Origin: an uncultured Verrucomicrobiae bacterium
Lineage (GTDB): Bacteria; Verrucomicrobiota; Verrucomicrobiia; Chthoniobacterales; UBA10450
Assembly: GCA_963735805.1 (NCBI GenBank)
Contig: CAVTMK010000002.1
Location: 736,001 to 800,000, forward strand
Direction of reading: 5' to 3'
Length of the DNA stretch: 64,000 nucleotides
Positions within the stretch are counted from its first letter, which is position 1, and each line of letters starts with the position of its first letter. Of the stretch, positions 21,876-31,945 are shown piece by piece. The notes beneath the pieces were generated by a model. The model worked only from the letters and a program-made list of their open reading frames with translations. It had not been told where the DNA came from and did no database searches. The translations under genes and the position numbers were made by a program.

Positions 21876-22734
21876 AGTGCGGCGGTGTCGGCCGCTGCTG
21901 GGCACATTTGTCGAAATCACGGCGCGTGGACACGACGAAAGATTACTCGGCCGCGGAATCGAAGCTGGATTCGCTGCGATTGCGACGGTGCATCGCTTGA
22001 TGAGCTTTCACGACCGCTTAAGTGATGTCTCGCGCATGAATCGGGACGCGTTTCCAAAAGGTGTGAAAGTGCACCCGTGGACCTGGCAAGTCATGAAGGC
22101 GTCAAAGCGGTTTGCCGAAGAGAGCCACGGCGCGTTCGATATCACGGTCGCTCCGTGGCTCACCAAATGGAATTATCTTCCTCGTCGCGGTTATCAGTTT
22201 AGTCCGATCGCCAGCTCGCGTGACATTTTTCTTCGACGAAATTACGAAGTCTTTTTCCAACGGGACTTGATTGTAGATCTTGGAGGGATCGCGAAGGGTT
22301 TTGCGGTCGATCGCGCAGCCGATGCGCTGAAGGAGAATGGAATTGAGTGCGGACTCGTAAATGCCGGTGGCGACCTCAGAGCATTTGGGCTGGCAGCGCG
22401 GCTTATTCATCTGCGAAGCCCCACGGATCCGACGCGCGTTGCCGGAGCGGTGCGCCTGCGCGAGCGTGCCATGGCGACTTCGGGAACCTATTTCGAGCGT
22501 CGACGATATCGCGGCGAGTACGTAACCCCATTGCTTGACGGGCGTACCGGTCAATCTGGGCGCGAACTGCTCAGCGTGAGCGTGGCGGCTGCGGAATGCA
22601 TGGCCGCCGATGCCCTGACCAAAATCGTTTTTGTAATGCGTGAGAAAGCTGCGGTCTTATTATCGCAGTATCATGCGGACGCAGTGTTGCTGGAGCGTAA
22701 TGGTGCGCCATCCTGGATGTTTAACTCGCTATGA
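21853..22734 (+). CDS. apbE: FAD:protein FMN transferase
   Basis: GAFDITV, DLGGIAKGFAVD, VNAGGDL, ATSG, ADALTK. Confidence 0.93.
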   Translation: MKSPSNIEVRRCRPLLGTFVEITARGHDERLLGRGIEAGFAAIATVHRLMSFHDRLSDVSRMNRDAFPKGVKVHPWTWQVMKASKRFAEESHGAFDITVAPWLTKWNYLPRRGYQFSPIASSRDIFLRRNYEVFFQRDLIVDLGGIAKGFAVDRAADALKENGIECGLVNAGGDLRAFGLAARLIHLRSPTDPTRVAGAVRLRERAMATSGTYFERRRYRGEYVTPLLDGRTGQSGRELLSVSVAAAECMAADALTKIVFVMREKAAVLLSQYHADAVLLERNGAPSWMFNSL

Positions 22735-23303
22735 GACACCTCCGACCGGACTCGATTCGATTGAAGCGTTTGCAGAGATATTCGCTCTACACCGTATTGG
22801 GGCTGCTTTTTTTGAGCGGTGCCGTGTGGGCATATTGGAATTATCTTGTGGCTCCGCCGGGCGATTTTGAGATGGGCGCAAAATCCTGGGCGATGAAAAT
22901 CCATGGCGCTGCCGCGATGGCGATTTTGGTCTTGATCGGCATGCTCCTGAACGGCCATGTGAGACTCGCATGGCGCGCCCGCCGCAATCGAACAAGCGGC
23001 TCCATTTTTCTGAGTACTTTCGCCGTTTTGACCATTACCGGCTACGGCCTCTACTACGCAGGTGGCGAAAGATTGCGTGCGGGCACAAGTTGGATTCATC
23101 TCACTCTCGGTCTGGCTTTGCCGGTTTTGCTGCTGATCCACATTTTACTGGGAAGGAGGAGTCGGCATTCCGCACAACTTCGATCAGCGTTGCGTTCTGC
23201 GTCTCGAGACGCCGGGGCTCGGCGTCCAAAATCCCATTATATTGAGCTTACTGAAAGCGAGGACAGGGCTGAATTTCAGGTTGCACATCGACGGGTGCTG
23301 TAG
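22731..23303 (+). CDS. Four-TM membrane protein with four His (DUF4405-like / putative cytochrome b)
   Basis: TM helices with KIHG, GHV, WIHL, IHI histidines; ATGA-coupled to apbE. Confidence 0.65.
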   Translation: MRHLRPDSIRLKRLQRYSLYTVLGLLFLSGAVWAYWNYLVAPPGDFEMGAKSWAMKIHGAAAMAILVLIGMLLNGHVRLAWRARRNRTSGSIFLSTFAVLTITGYGLYYAGGERLRAGTSWIHLTLGLALPVLLLIHILLGRRSRHSAQLRSALRSASRDAGARRPKSHYIELTESEDRAEFQVAHRRVL

Positions 23304-23351
23304 CATCTTCACCGTCCCGCTCTGAAGTTCCCCCTTCGCGGATTGTCTCTT

Positions 23352-24083
23352 ATGGCAGATACCACAGAATTAGTACCTGAACTTTTGGAAGCTGGTGTTC
23401 ATTTTGGACACCAGACGAAGCGCTGGAACCCGAAGATGAAACCTTTCATCTTCGAGCAGCGCAATCAGATTTATATCATCAACTTGGATGAAACCGTGCT
23501 TCAGCTTCGGCGGGCTACTGAATTTCTCCAGGAAGTAACGCGCCGTGGCGGCAGGATTCTATTCGTTGGTTGCAAGAAACAGGCGCAGGAAGCAATAAAA
23601 GAGGCTGCCTTGGCTTGCGCGCAGTTTTACGTGAACCAGCGCTGGCTAGGCGGCACATTGACCAATCTCACGACCATTCGGAAGAGCATTGGACGGCTGA
23701 GATACATCGAACAGATCGAACAATCCCCGGAATACAAGAAGATGGGCAAGCAGGAGCTGGCCGCCCTTAATCGTGAGGGGGCAAAACTGCGGCGCAATCT
23801 CGATGGGATAATCGAGATGTCGCAATTGCCCGACGCCCTAGTCGTAATCGATACGATCCGCGAACAAAACGCCGTGAACGAAGCCAGACGTCTCGGGATT
23901 CCAGTGGTCGCCATCGTGGACACAAACGCAGACCCAGACGTCATCGATTACCCAATTGCCGGCAACGATGACGCGATACGCGCCATTCGGGTAATTCTCC
24001 AGAAACTTGTGGATTCTATCGTTTCGGCTGGCAATGAAGCGCGCATTCGCGAGCAGGTCGAAATGGCGGGCGTCTCAGCGTGA
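23352..24083 (+). CDS. rpsB: 30S ribosomal protein S2
   Basis: AGVHFGHQTKRWNPKM, RWLGGTLTN, GNDDAIRAI. Confidence 0.99.
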   Translation: MADTTELVPELLEAGVHFGHQTKRWNPKMKPFIFEQRNQIYIINLDETVLQLRRATEFLQEVTRRGGRILFVGCKKQAQEAIKEAALACAQFYVNQRWLGGTLTNLTTIRKSIGRLRYIEQIEQSPEYKKMGKQELAALNREGAKLRRNLDGIIEMSQLPDALVVIDTIREQNAVNEARRLGIPVVAIVDTNADPDVIDYPIAGNDDAIRAIRVILQKLVDSIVSAGNEARIREQVEMAGVSA

Positions 24084-24144
24084 TGCTTGCGTCGCGTTAC
24101 GAGCGCAATACTTCGAAAGTTCGAGACACGAGAATTCAACACTG

Positions 24145-24762
24145 ATGAAAACAACGGCTGAGATTGATCCCCAACTGGTTAAACAGCTGCGCGAAAAAAC
24201 GAACGCAGGTTTTATGGATTGCAAGCGCGCTCTTGTGGAAAGCGGGGGTAATCTGGAAAAGGCCGAGGCGATTCTGCGGACTAAAGGAATCGCCAGCGCC
24301 GGTAAAAAGGCTTCCCGCGCAACGAAAGAAGGCGTGGTGGCCTCGTATATACATCTGCAGGGGAAGGTTGGCGTGCTCGTGGAGGTGAATTCCGAGACCG
24401 ATTTCGTGGCGAGGAACGAGAATTTTCGTGAGTTCGTAAAGGACATTACCCTGCATATTGCGGCGGCACACCCGCTTTACGTCAGTCGTTCCGATGTGCC
24501 GGGCAATCTCGTCGAAGCTGAACGCGAAATTTACAAGGCCCAGGTCAAAGGAAAGCCGGAAAACGTTGCCGATAAAATTATCGAAGGAAAACTCGAGAAA
24601 TTTTACAGCACCGTTTGCTTACTCGAACAAGGCTTTATCAAAAATCCTGATGTGACAATTGGGGATTTACTCAACACCAAAATTTCGGAACTGGGAGAGA
24701 ATATCGTCATTCGGCGTTTCGTTCGCTACCTCGTAGGCGAGGCGCTGCCGAGCGAAACATAG
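24145..24762 (+). CDS. tsf: Elongation factor Ts (short form)
   Basis: VKQLREKTNAGFMDCK, EVNSETDFVA. Confidence 0.98.
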   Translation: MKTTAEIDPQLVKQLREKTNAGFMDCKRALVESGGNLEKAEAILRTKGIASAGKKASRATKEGVVASYIHLQGKVGVLVEVNSETDFVARNENFREFVKDITLHIAAAHPLYVSRSDVPGNLVEAEREIYKAQVKGKPENVADKIIEGKLEKFYSTVCLLEQGFIKNPDVTIGDLLNTKISELGENIVIRRFVRYLVGEALPSET

Positions 24763-24874
24763 GTAGATCGTTGTAGCAGCGTTCGCACCAAATGGTGGGC
24801 GTCAAAACTCACCCCAGCGCGGTTTCTACAAGATCGCGTGCAGATGCAGGATCCGCGATTAAGGTTGCGGTGAA

Positions 24875-26596
24875 ATGGGTTTGGCCGAATACAAACGGAA
24901 ACGCGATTTCGAGAAGACGGCTGAGCCGGCCGGGAGCAAACCGTTGCCTAAAAAAGTCAAAGGCGCGTCGCGTTTTGTAATTCAGAGGCACGCAGCGCGG
25001 CGTTTGCACTACGATTTCCGGTTAGAAATGGAGGGTGTGCTGAAATCGTGGGCGTTGCCGAAAGGGCTCCCTTGGACGCGAGGTGAAAAACACTTGGCCG
25101 TAGAAGTGGAAGATCATCCAATCGAATACGAGCAATTCGAAGGGATTATCCCCGAGGGGCAGTACGGCGGTGGCACAGTCATGGTGTGGGACCGCGGCAG
25201 TTATTATGTTTATGGCGAGCAACCCCTGAAATCACTGCGCGAGGGCAAACTCCACCTTGTTCTCGACGGCGAAAAAGCAAAAGGCGAATGGACCCTGGTG
25301 CGGATTCGGGGCCGTGATCAAGCCAAGAATCAGTGGTTGATTCTGAAAACCGGAGATGATGCGAAGCCGGTATCGAAAAAAATGGAAGACCGTTCGGTCA
25401 AGACCGGACGCACGATGGAGCAAATCGCAAAGGCTCGAGATGCCGAGTGGCAATCCGGTCGCGAAGCGGAAGAGAGCCCCACGTCACAATTCAAAGCGCG
25501 GATCCGTGACGCCATAAAAAAAAAGACGAAAGACGCGTTCGTAAGTCGGCCACCTCGCGTGCGGGCCGAAAAGCGACGTAAACGCAGCGGTCTTCCTGAA
25601 ACAGAGTCCCTTCCAGGTTTGTCCTCCGCAAAAGCTCGTTTCATCGAGCCGATGAAAGCAAAGCTGGTTGAGGAACCACCAACGACGGGCGCTTGGCTTT
25701 ACGAACTTAAATTCGACGGCATCCGTCTGATCGGGGTCAAAAAGGAAAAAAAAGTTTCGTTGCTATCGCGAAATGAAAATGAATTGACTAAGCGTTTCCC
25801 CGAAATTGTCGAAGCGATAAAAGATTTGCCGGCACGCGAATGTGTAATCGATGGCGAAGTCGTCGCACTCGACGAAGACGGTCGTTCTTCATTTCAACTC
25901 CTGCAAGCGCGTGAGATGGAAGGCGGGAGGATCCCAGTTTATTTTTACGCATTCGATTTGTTGCAGCTCGACGGGAAAGGTCTGATGCCGTTGCCTTTGG
26001 AGGTGCGAAAGAACATTCTCGAAAAACTCTGCGCTAATTCAGGTGACCTCATTCGTTACTCGGGTGCGATTGGTGGTGATGCCAAACAACTTCTCCAAGA
26101 GGTCAAGCGTCGTGGCTTGGAAGGGATTATCGGCAAACAGCGTAACTCTGTTTACGAACCCGGGCGCAGAAGCGGCTCCTGGGTAAAGCTCAAATGCGTT
26201 AATGAACAGGAATTCGTTATCGGCGGATACACGCCGCCACAAGGGTCTCGCAAATATTTCGGCGCGATCCTCGTTGGTTATCATGAGAACAAAAAGCTCG
26301 TTTTTGCCGGCAAGGTCGGTACTGGCTTCACTGCAAAATCATTGTCGACGTTGTACAAGAAATTTCACAAAGAAGCACGCGATGCTTGCCCGTTTGTCGA
26401 TTTACCATCAAAGCAAAATGGGAAATGGGTGCAGGACATCACACCGTCGATGATGCGAAGAATGCATTGGGTGAACCCAGTCTTTGTCAGTGAAATCAAA
26501 TTCGCCGAGTGGACGCGGGACAAAAAATTGCGTGCCCCGGTGTTTCTGGGATTGCGCGAAGATAAAAAGCCCGGTGAGGTTGTTCGGGAGAGTTAA
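24875..26596 (+). CDS. ligD: NHEJ LigD, phosphoesterase + ATP-dependent ligase domains (no polymerase domain)
   Basis: FVIQRHAARRLHYDFRLE (PE domain), ELKFDG, EGIIGK, WVKLK, LRAPVFLGLREDK. Confidence 0.93.
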   Translation: MGLAEYKRKRDFEKTAEPAGSKPLPKKVKGASRFVIQRHAARRLHYDFRLEMEGVLKSWALPKGLPWTRGEKHLAVEVEDHPIEYEQFEGIIPEGQYGGGTVMVWDRGSYYVYGEQPLKSLREGKLHLVLDGEKAKGEWTLVRIRGRDQAKNQWLILKTGDDAKPVSKKMEDRSVKTGRTMEQIAKARDAEWQSGREAEESPTSQFKARIRDAIKKKTKDAFVSRPPRVRAEKRRKRSGLPETESLPGLSSAKARFIEPMKAKLVEEPPTTGAWLYELKFDGIRLIGVKKEKKVSLLSRNENELTKRFPEIVEAIKDLPARECVIDGEVVALDEDGRSSFQLLQAREMEGGRIPVYFYAFDLLQLDGKGLMPLPLEVRKNILEKLCANSGDLIRYSGAIGGDAKQLLQEVKRRGLEGIIGKQRNSVYEPGRRSGSWVKLKCVNEQEFVIGGYTPPQGSRKYFGAILVGYHENKKLVFAGKVGTGFTAKSLSTLYKKFHKEARDACPFVDLPSKQNGKWVQDITPSMMRRMHWVNPVFVSEIKFAEWTRDKKLRAPVFLGLREDKKPGEVVRES

Positions 26597-26681
26597 AGAA
26601 CAGTGGCAGGCAGCCTTGATCTGCCAGGGTTTGGGGCGGGAGTTTTCAATAGTTCTTCATAGGGAGGTTTTTTAGGATCTT

Positions 26682-27737
26682 ATGCGAATCGCTCAGGTCG
26701 CACCGCTTTACGAAAGCGTTCCGCCGAAATACTACGGGGGCACAGAACGAGTGGTTTCGTACCTCACCGAAGAATTGGTTCGACAAGGTCATGAGGTGAC
26801 GCTTTTCGCAAGTGGGGATTCCGAGACTAAGGCCCGGCTTGTCGCGGCATGCCCACGTTCGTTGCGTCTCGATAAGCACTGCGTGGATCGCCTGGCGAAC
26901 CACTTTGTCATGCTTGAACATGTGTTCCAACGGGCCACAGAATTCGATATCATCCATTTTCACGTCGATTATCTCCACTTTCCATTGAGTCGCCGCCAGC
27001 CGATAACACACGTCACGACGTTACACGGCCGGCTCGATATTCCGGACCTTGTTGCTCTTTACCAGGAGTTTCGGGACATGCCGGTTATCTCGATCTCCAA
27101 TGTCCAGAGAGAGCCTCTACCGTTGGCAAACTGGCAGGCCACCGTTTATCACGGGTTGCCGGTTGACCTGTATCGATTTCGAGCGCAACCGGGAAGTTAT
27201 CTTGCCTTTCTGGGGCGAATTTCGCCTGAAAAACGAGTGGACCGGGCAATCGAAATTGCCAAGCGGATCCAGATTCCACTTAAAATTGCCGCCAAAGTAG
27301 ATCGCGTGGACAGGAAGTATTTCAAGAACACGATTGAGCCCTTACTCAGTGACTCGCTGGTCGAGGTTGTCGGCGAGATCGGCGACAGGGAGAAGGATGA
27401 GTTCCTGGGAAATGCTTATGCTCTACTGTTGCCTATCGACTGGCCGGAGCCATTTGGGCTGGTGATGATTGAAGCGATGGCCTGCGGCACACCAGTAATC
27501 GCGTACCGCGAAGGAGCAGTGCCCGAGATAATAGAAGAAGGTCATACCGGTTTCATCGTGGAAGGACTAGAAGATGCGGTCGAAGCAGCGCGGCGAATTC
27601 CGAAGCTCAGCCGGAAGCGGTGTCGGGAAATCTTCGAGCTGCGCTTCACAGTCACTCGAATGGCCAATGACTACCTGCGGGTGTACGAGCGGTTAATTGG
27701 TCGCAAACAAGGAGAGCCGTTGGAAGCGGGCGTATAA
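26682..27737 (+). CDS. GT4 family glycosyltransferase
   Basis: VPPKYYGGTERVV, GRISPEK, EPFGLVMIEAMACGTP. Confidence 0.92.
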   Translation: MRIAQVAPLYESVPPKYYGGTERVVSYLTEELVRQGHEVTLFASGDSETKARLVAACPRSLRLDKHCVDRLANHFVMLEHVFQRATEFDIIHFHVDYLHFPLSRRQPITHVTTLHGRLDIPDLVALYQEFRDMPVISISNVQREPLPLANWQATVYHGLPVDLYRFRAQPGSYLAFLGRISPEKRVDRAIEIAKRIQIPLKIAAKVDRVDRKYFKNTIEPLLSDSLVEVVGEIGDREKDEFLGNAYALLLPIDWPEPFGLVMIEAMACGTPVIAYREGAVPEIIEEGHTGFIVEGLEDAVEAARRIPKLSRKRCREIFELRFTVTRMANDYLRVYERLIGRKQGEPLEAGV

Positions 27738-29914
27738 TGGCTAAAGAAGTCATTCGCATCAGGGACGAGTTTTACATTCGTTCGTCGTCCCATCGCATCG
27801 ACGTCCGCACCCGGGTCCTGAAGCAAGCAGATACTTTCGCGATCTTCGACAGGTTCGGCGACATTGAGCCATTCGGCACTGGTGAGCTTGGCGTGTACTA
27901 CCAAGATACTCGGTTCTTATGCCGGCTGAGTCTAAAGCTGGGAAAGGATCGCCCTCTTTTGTTGAGCTCTACCATCAGGGAGGACAACGCTGTGCTGGCG
28001 GTGGATGCCACCAACGCTGATGTGTTGCGCAATGGTGAAATCGTAATACCTCAGGGAACACTGCATGTCTTCCGTTCAAAGATTCTCTGGGAGAAAGCAT
28101 GTTACGAGCGACTTCGAATCCACAACTACGGGCGCACACCTATTGAATTTTTCTTTTCAGTCGAGTTCGATGCTGATTTCGCTGACATCTTCGAGGTGCG
28201 AGGTGTTAAGCGGGAACGCCGCGGCCAGCGGATACCGACGCAGCTGGTACATGATGGGCTACTGCTCGGGTATGATGGATTGGATGACTGTATCCGCAGG
28301 ACAAGAATCGTCTTCGATCCGCTGCCCACACGGTTAAGTGAATCGGTGGCAGCCTACCAAGTTCGGTTGGGACCGGGCGAGGCGGCGAACTACCGCTGGG
28401 CGATTGTCTGCGAAGTCGGCGCCGATTCCCATGAGGAGGTCAAGCCTTGTTACGAAAAGGTCGTCCAGGAGGCAGCCAACGCACTGGAAGCGGCGCATGC
28501 ACAAGAGCCGAAGATTTTTGCGTCGAACGAACAGTTCAACGATTGGCTGAATCGCTCCATTGCCGATCTCCATATGATGCGGACCGAAACCTCGTACGGG
28601 CCGTATCCTTACGCTGGGGTCCCCTGGTTCAGCACGGAATTCGGACGAGACGGAATTATTACGGCGCTCCAGTGCCTGTGGTTTGATCCCAGTCTTGCGC
28701 GCGGTGTCCTTGCATACTTGGCCGCCACGCAAGCGGACACGGAGAATCCGGCGCAAGACGCCCAACCTGGCAAGGTGCTACACGAGACACGCGCTGGCGA
28801 GATGGCCGCATTAGGCGAAGTTCCGTTCAAGCGTTACTACGGAAGCATCGACGCAACGCCGCTTTTCATCATGCTCGCCGGCGCGTACTACACACGTACC
28901 GGCGACCGCGCGTTCATTGAGTCCATTTGGTCAAACGTCGAGCGCGCGCTGGCATGGATCGATCATTATGGAGACGTCGATGGCGATGGCTTCGTGGAAT
29001 ATACTCGCAGATCAAAACTTGGTCTGATCCATCAAGGTTGGAAGGACTCTCACGACGCGATTTTCCATGCCGACGGCTCGTCCGCCGAAGGACCAATCGC
29101 TCTGTGCGAAGTGCAAGGCTACGTTTACGCTGCCAAGCTGGCGGCGGCCAAATTGGCTAAGCTCTTCGGCAATGATGCCCAGGCGCGCGATTTGTCGAAG
29201 CAAGCGAAAACCCTCTCCCGACGATTCGAAGAGAGCTTCTGGTGTGACGAACTTTCCACATATGCGCTTGCGCTCGATGGCAGAAAGCAGCCCTGCAAGG
29301 TTCGAACGTCGAACGCGGGCCACTGTCTCTTCGCCGGTATTGCGACCGAAGAGCGTGCACGTCGCGTCGCGGCGACGCTCACGGATGAAACATCCTTCTC
29401 CGGTTGGGGGATTCGGACCGTCGCTACGAGCGAGGCGCGTTATAATCCGATGTCGTACCACAACGGGTCCGTCTGGCCACACGACAATTCGTTGATCGCC
29501 GCCGGGTTCGCGCGCTATGATCTGAGGGAATCGACAGCTACCGTCCTTGCCGGTTTGCTCGACGCGAGTTTGTTCCTTGACTTGCATCGTCTTCCCGAAC
29601 TGTTTTGCGGTTTTCCAAGACGTCCTGGCGAGGCGCCGACGCTTTATCCCGTAGCGTGTGCTCCTCAATCCTGGGCATCGGGTGCTGTGTTTCTTCTTCT
29701 CGAGGCTTGCCTGGGCCTGAACGTGTCGGCTCCGGAACGAAAGCTGACATTTTCAAAGCCGATCCTACCGCGTTTCCTCCAACAGGTGACGATCCGCGGA
29801 TTAAGGGTAGCAGACGCGCGCGTGGATCTGTTGCTGACCAGACACGACGAAGGAGATGTAGGAGTCAATGTGCTGCGCCGCGAGGGAGGCCTCGACGTCG
29901 TTGTGCTAAAGTAG
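27737..29914 (+). CDS. Amylo-alpha-1,6-glucosidase / glycogen debranching family
   Basis: AGVPWFSTEFGRD, YYGSIDATPL, QGWKDS, YHNGSVWPHDN. Confidence 0.92.
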   Translation: MAKEVIRIRDEFYIRSSSHRIDVRTRVLKQADTFAIFDRFGDIEPFGTGELGVYYQDTRFLCRLSLKLGKDRPLLLSSTIREDNAVLAVDATNADVLRNGEIVIPQGTLHVFRSKILWEKACYERLRIHNYGRTPIEFFFSVEFDADFADIFEVRGVKRERRGQRIPTQLVHDGLLLGYDGLDDCIRRTRIVFDPLPTRLSESVAAYQVRLGPGEAANYRWAIVCEVGADSHEEVKPCYEKVVQEAANALEAAHAQEPKIFASNEQFNDWLNRSIADLHMMRTETSYGPYPYAGVPWFSTEFGRDGIITALQCLWFDPSLARGVLAYLAATQADTENPAQDAQPGKVLHETRAGEMAALGEVPFKRYYGSIDATPLFIMLAGAYYTRTGDRAFIESIWSNVERALAWIDHYGDVDGDGFVEYTRRSKLGLIHQGWKDSHDAIFHADGSSAEGPIALCEVQGYVYAAKLAAAKLAKLFGNDAQARDLSKQAKTLSRRFEESFWCDELSTYALALDGRKQPCKVRTSNAGHCLFAGIATEERARRVAATLTDETSFSGWGIRTVATSEARYNPMSYHNGSVWPHDNSLIAAGFARYDLRESTATVLAGLLDASLFLDLHRLPELFCGFPRRPGEAPTLYPVACAPQSWASGAVFLLLEACLGLNVSAPERKLTFSKPILPRFLQQVTIRGLRVADARVDLLLTRHDEGDVGVNVLRREGGLDVVVLK

Positions 29915-29967
29915 TGCCGTTTTCGAATTGCGCTTGTTCGCAGGACACACGCAAATATGGTGAACAG

Positions 29968-30267
29968 GTGAAAGCAAGGGTCATCGTCATGCCCAAGGTC
30001 GCCGTCCTGGATCCCCAGGGTAACGCAGTGCGTGATGCCATGAGACACCTGGGGATGCCTGAAGTCCGTACCGTTAGAGTCGGGAAATACATGGAGATAG
30101 ATATCGACGGACAAAAGGGCGATCTCGAAAGGCGATTACGCGGTCTCTGTCGCGATTTGCTTTCGAATCCAGTGATTGAGGATTACGAGTTGCAGGAATT
30201 TGACTCCATTAACGAGTCAGTGACTAAAGTTCAAAACAAGAGAACAGGTAGGAAAAAGAACAAATGA
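29968..30267 (+). CDS. purS: Phosphoribosylformylglycinamidine synthase PurS
   Basis: VLDPQG, VRVGKY, LLSNPVIEDY; GTG start at 29968. Confidence 0.92.
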   Translation: MKARVIVMPKVAVLDPQGNAVRDAMRHLGMPEVRTVRVGKYMEIDIDGQKGDLERRLRGLCRDLLSNPVIEDYELQEFDSINESVTKVQNKRTGRKKNK

Positions 30268-30446
30268 AGGCGTTGCGATATTTTTTCTGCATTGTGTTGC
30301 CACCCCTTGCCGTCCTTCTGACAGGGCGTATTGCCAGTTTTTTTCTGAGCCTACTTTTGACTTTGCTAGGATGGATTCCGGGCGTTATACACGCGTGCCT
30401 AGTCGTCAATGATTATCATGCAGAGCAGCGCGCCGCCGCGCACTGA
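30264..30446 (+). CDS. YqaE/Pmp3 family small membrane proteolipid
   Basis: LPPLAV...LLTLLGWIPGVIHA. Confidence 0.88.
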   Translation: MKALRYFFCIVLPPLAVLLTGRIASFFLSLLLTLLGWIPGVIHACLVVNDYHAEQRAAAH

Positions 30447-30451
30447 AATTA

Positions 30452-31189
30452 ATGATGAGGTTCGCTGTTATCCAGTTCCCCGGCTCAAATTGCGATCAGG
30501 ATTGCGTTGCGGCAATCAATGGACTTGACGGATTGCACGCCGAGTATGTCTGGCACAAGGAAACATCCCTTGATGGTTTTGACGCAATTGTGCTACCCGG
30601 GGGGTTCGCGTACGGCGATTATCTGCGTTGTGGCGCTATTGCGCGTTTTTCGCCCATCATGAAGGCGGTGATTGGTGGTGCCCGCGCAGGGAAGCTCATC
30701 CTGGGGACATGTAACGGGTTCCAGGTTTTATGCGAAGCCGGTTTGTTACCGGGCGCGCTGGTTCGCAATAGGTCTCTGCGTTTTGTTTGTGACATCGTCA
30801 ACACGCGCGTGGAAGTCGACGACTCACCATTCACGCACGGTTGCCCGAAAGGCACACTTCTCCGACTGCCCGTTGCGCACGGCGAAGGTTGTTTCTTTGC
30901 GGACGCAGCCACGTTGCGCGACCTGAACGCGAACCAACAAGTGATTCTACGCTACGCCGACGGCAAAGGTCGCGTTGTGCCGGAAGCAAATCCCAATGGG
31001 TCGATTGAAAACGTAGCCGGCATTTGCAACCGCGAGCGAAATGTGTTTGGACTGATGCCCCATCCCGATCGTGCGTCAGACGCCCGGATTGGCAGCACGG
31101 ACGGCGCGAAAATCTTCCGGTCAATGGTGCAATCGATTAGCGGAAATCGTGCAACCGACACGCCGGAGCGCGTAAAACAAGTTGCGTGA
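30452..31189 (+). CDS. purQ: Phosphoribosylformylglycinamidine synthase PurQ
   Basis: FPGSNCD, PGGFAYGDYLR, CNGFQ, GLMPHP. Confidence 0.96.
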   Translation: MMRFAVIQFPGSNCDQDCVAAINGLDGLHAEYVWHKETSLDGFDAIVLPGGFAYGDYLRCGAIARFSPIMKAVIGGARAGKLILGTCNGFQVLCEAGLLPGALVRNRSLRFVCDIVNTRVEVDDSPFTHGCPKGTLLRLPVAHGEGCFFADAATLRDLNANQQVILRYADGKGRVVPEANPNGSIENVAGICNRERNVFGLMPHPDRASDARIGSTDGAKIFRSMVQSISGNRATDTPERVKQVA

Positions 31190-31813
31190 GTCTCTTCATT
31201 AGTGGGACGGACACCGGCGTAGGCAAGACGTATACGGTCGCCAGGCTTTTGCAGCTATTCGGCGCATCCGGCGCGTCCTGTGCCGGCATGAAACCTATCT
31301 GCTGCTGAGATCGTCGTGACGCGGAGCTTCTGTTGGCGGCTGGCACTGACGGCCTAACAATCGACGATATTAACCCTGTTTGGTCAAAAACGCCTGCGGC
31401 GCCAATCGTGGGCAGCGTAATGGAGAAAGTGGATATCGACATTTACAATATCCTCTTTGCGTTTCATACTCTTCAGAATCGGGTTGAACACGTGATTGTG
31501 GAAGGAGTGGGCGGTTGGATGGTGCCGATTCATCGCGATTATTTCGTCAGCGATCTAGCCGTGGCAATGAAACTCCCGGTCTTAGCGGTCGCATGTAACA
31601 GGCCAGGTTGCGTCAATCATGCGGTCCTCACTGTGCAAAGCACTGGGGCTCGTATTGAACCCCGGAGGAGCGGGAATTTCCGATGATATAGCCACCCTTA
31701 CAAATGCAGATGTTCTCAGAAAAATATTCGATGTTCCGGTACTTGACGCATTAGGAGAAAACCTTACCGAAGTGCCGCCTGACTGGCGATTTATACTCGA
31801 TTCGACAACCTAA
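31186..31813 (+). pseudogene. bioD: Dethiobiotin synthase, disrupted
   Basis: LFISGTDTGVGKT P-loop, MKPICC then in-frame TGA at 31306-31308, VEGVGGW, then a frameshift near 31640 into GLVLN. Confidence 0.85.
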
Positions 31814-31900
31814 CTGTAGCGTGTTGCGTCGATACAGAGTTGTACAAAAAGCGAACACATTTCAAAGCGTTCTCGGCATGACCTGCTGGGGAAATGGGAA

Positions 31901-31916
31901 TGGCATTCGTGCTGCT
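31901..31916 (+). promoter_or_regulatory. Sigma54 -24/-12 promoter
   Basis: TGGCATTCGTGCTGCT has exact GG-N10-GC spacing, 30 nt before an ATG, with an AT-rich leader. Confidence 0.55.
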
Positions 31917-31945
31917 CTCCTTATTCATTAAAAAACGCTTATTAT

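Noticed and set aside
29605..29967. Long N-terminal extensions in the ORF track (purS, also shc, thrB, M3 peptidase, TolB-like, 2H protein)
   Set aside because: They overlap neighbouring genes; family motifs begin at downstream starts.
31306..31308. Selenocysteine or readthrough at the bioD TGA
   Set aside because: Position likely corresponds to Gly and a second lesion (frameshift) follows.
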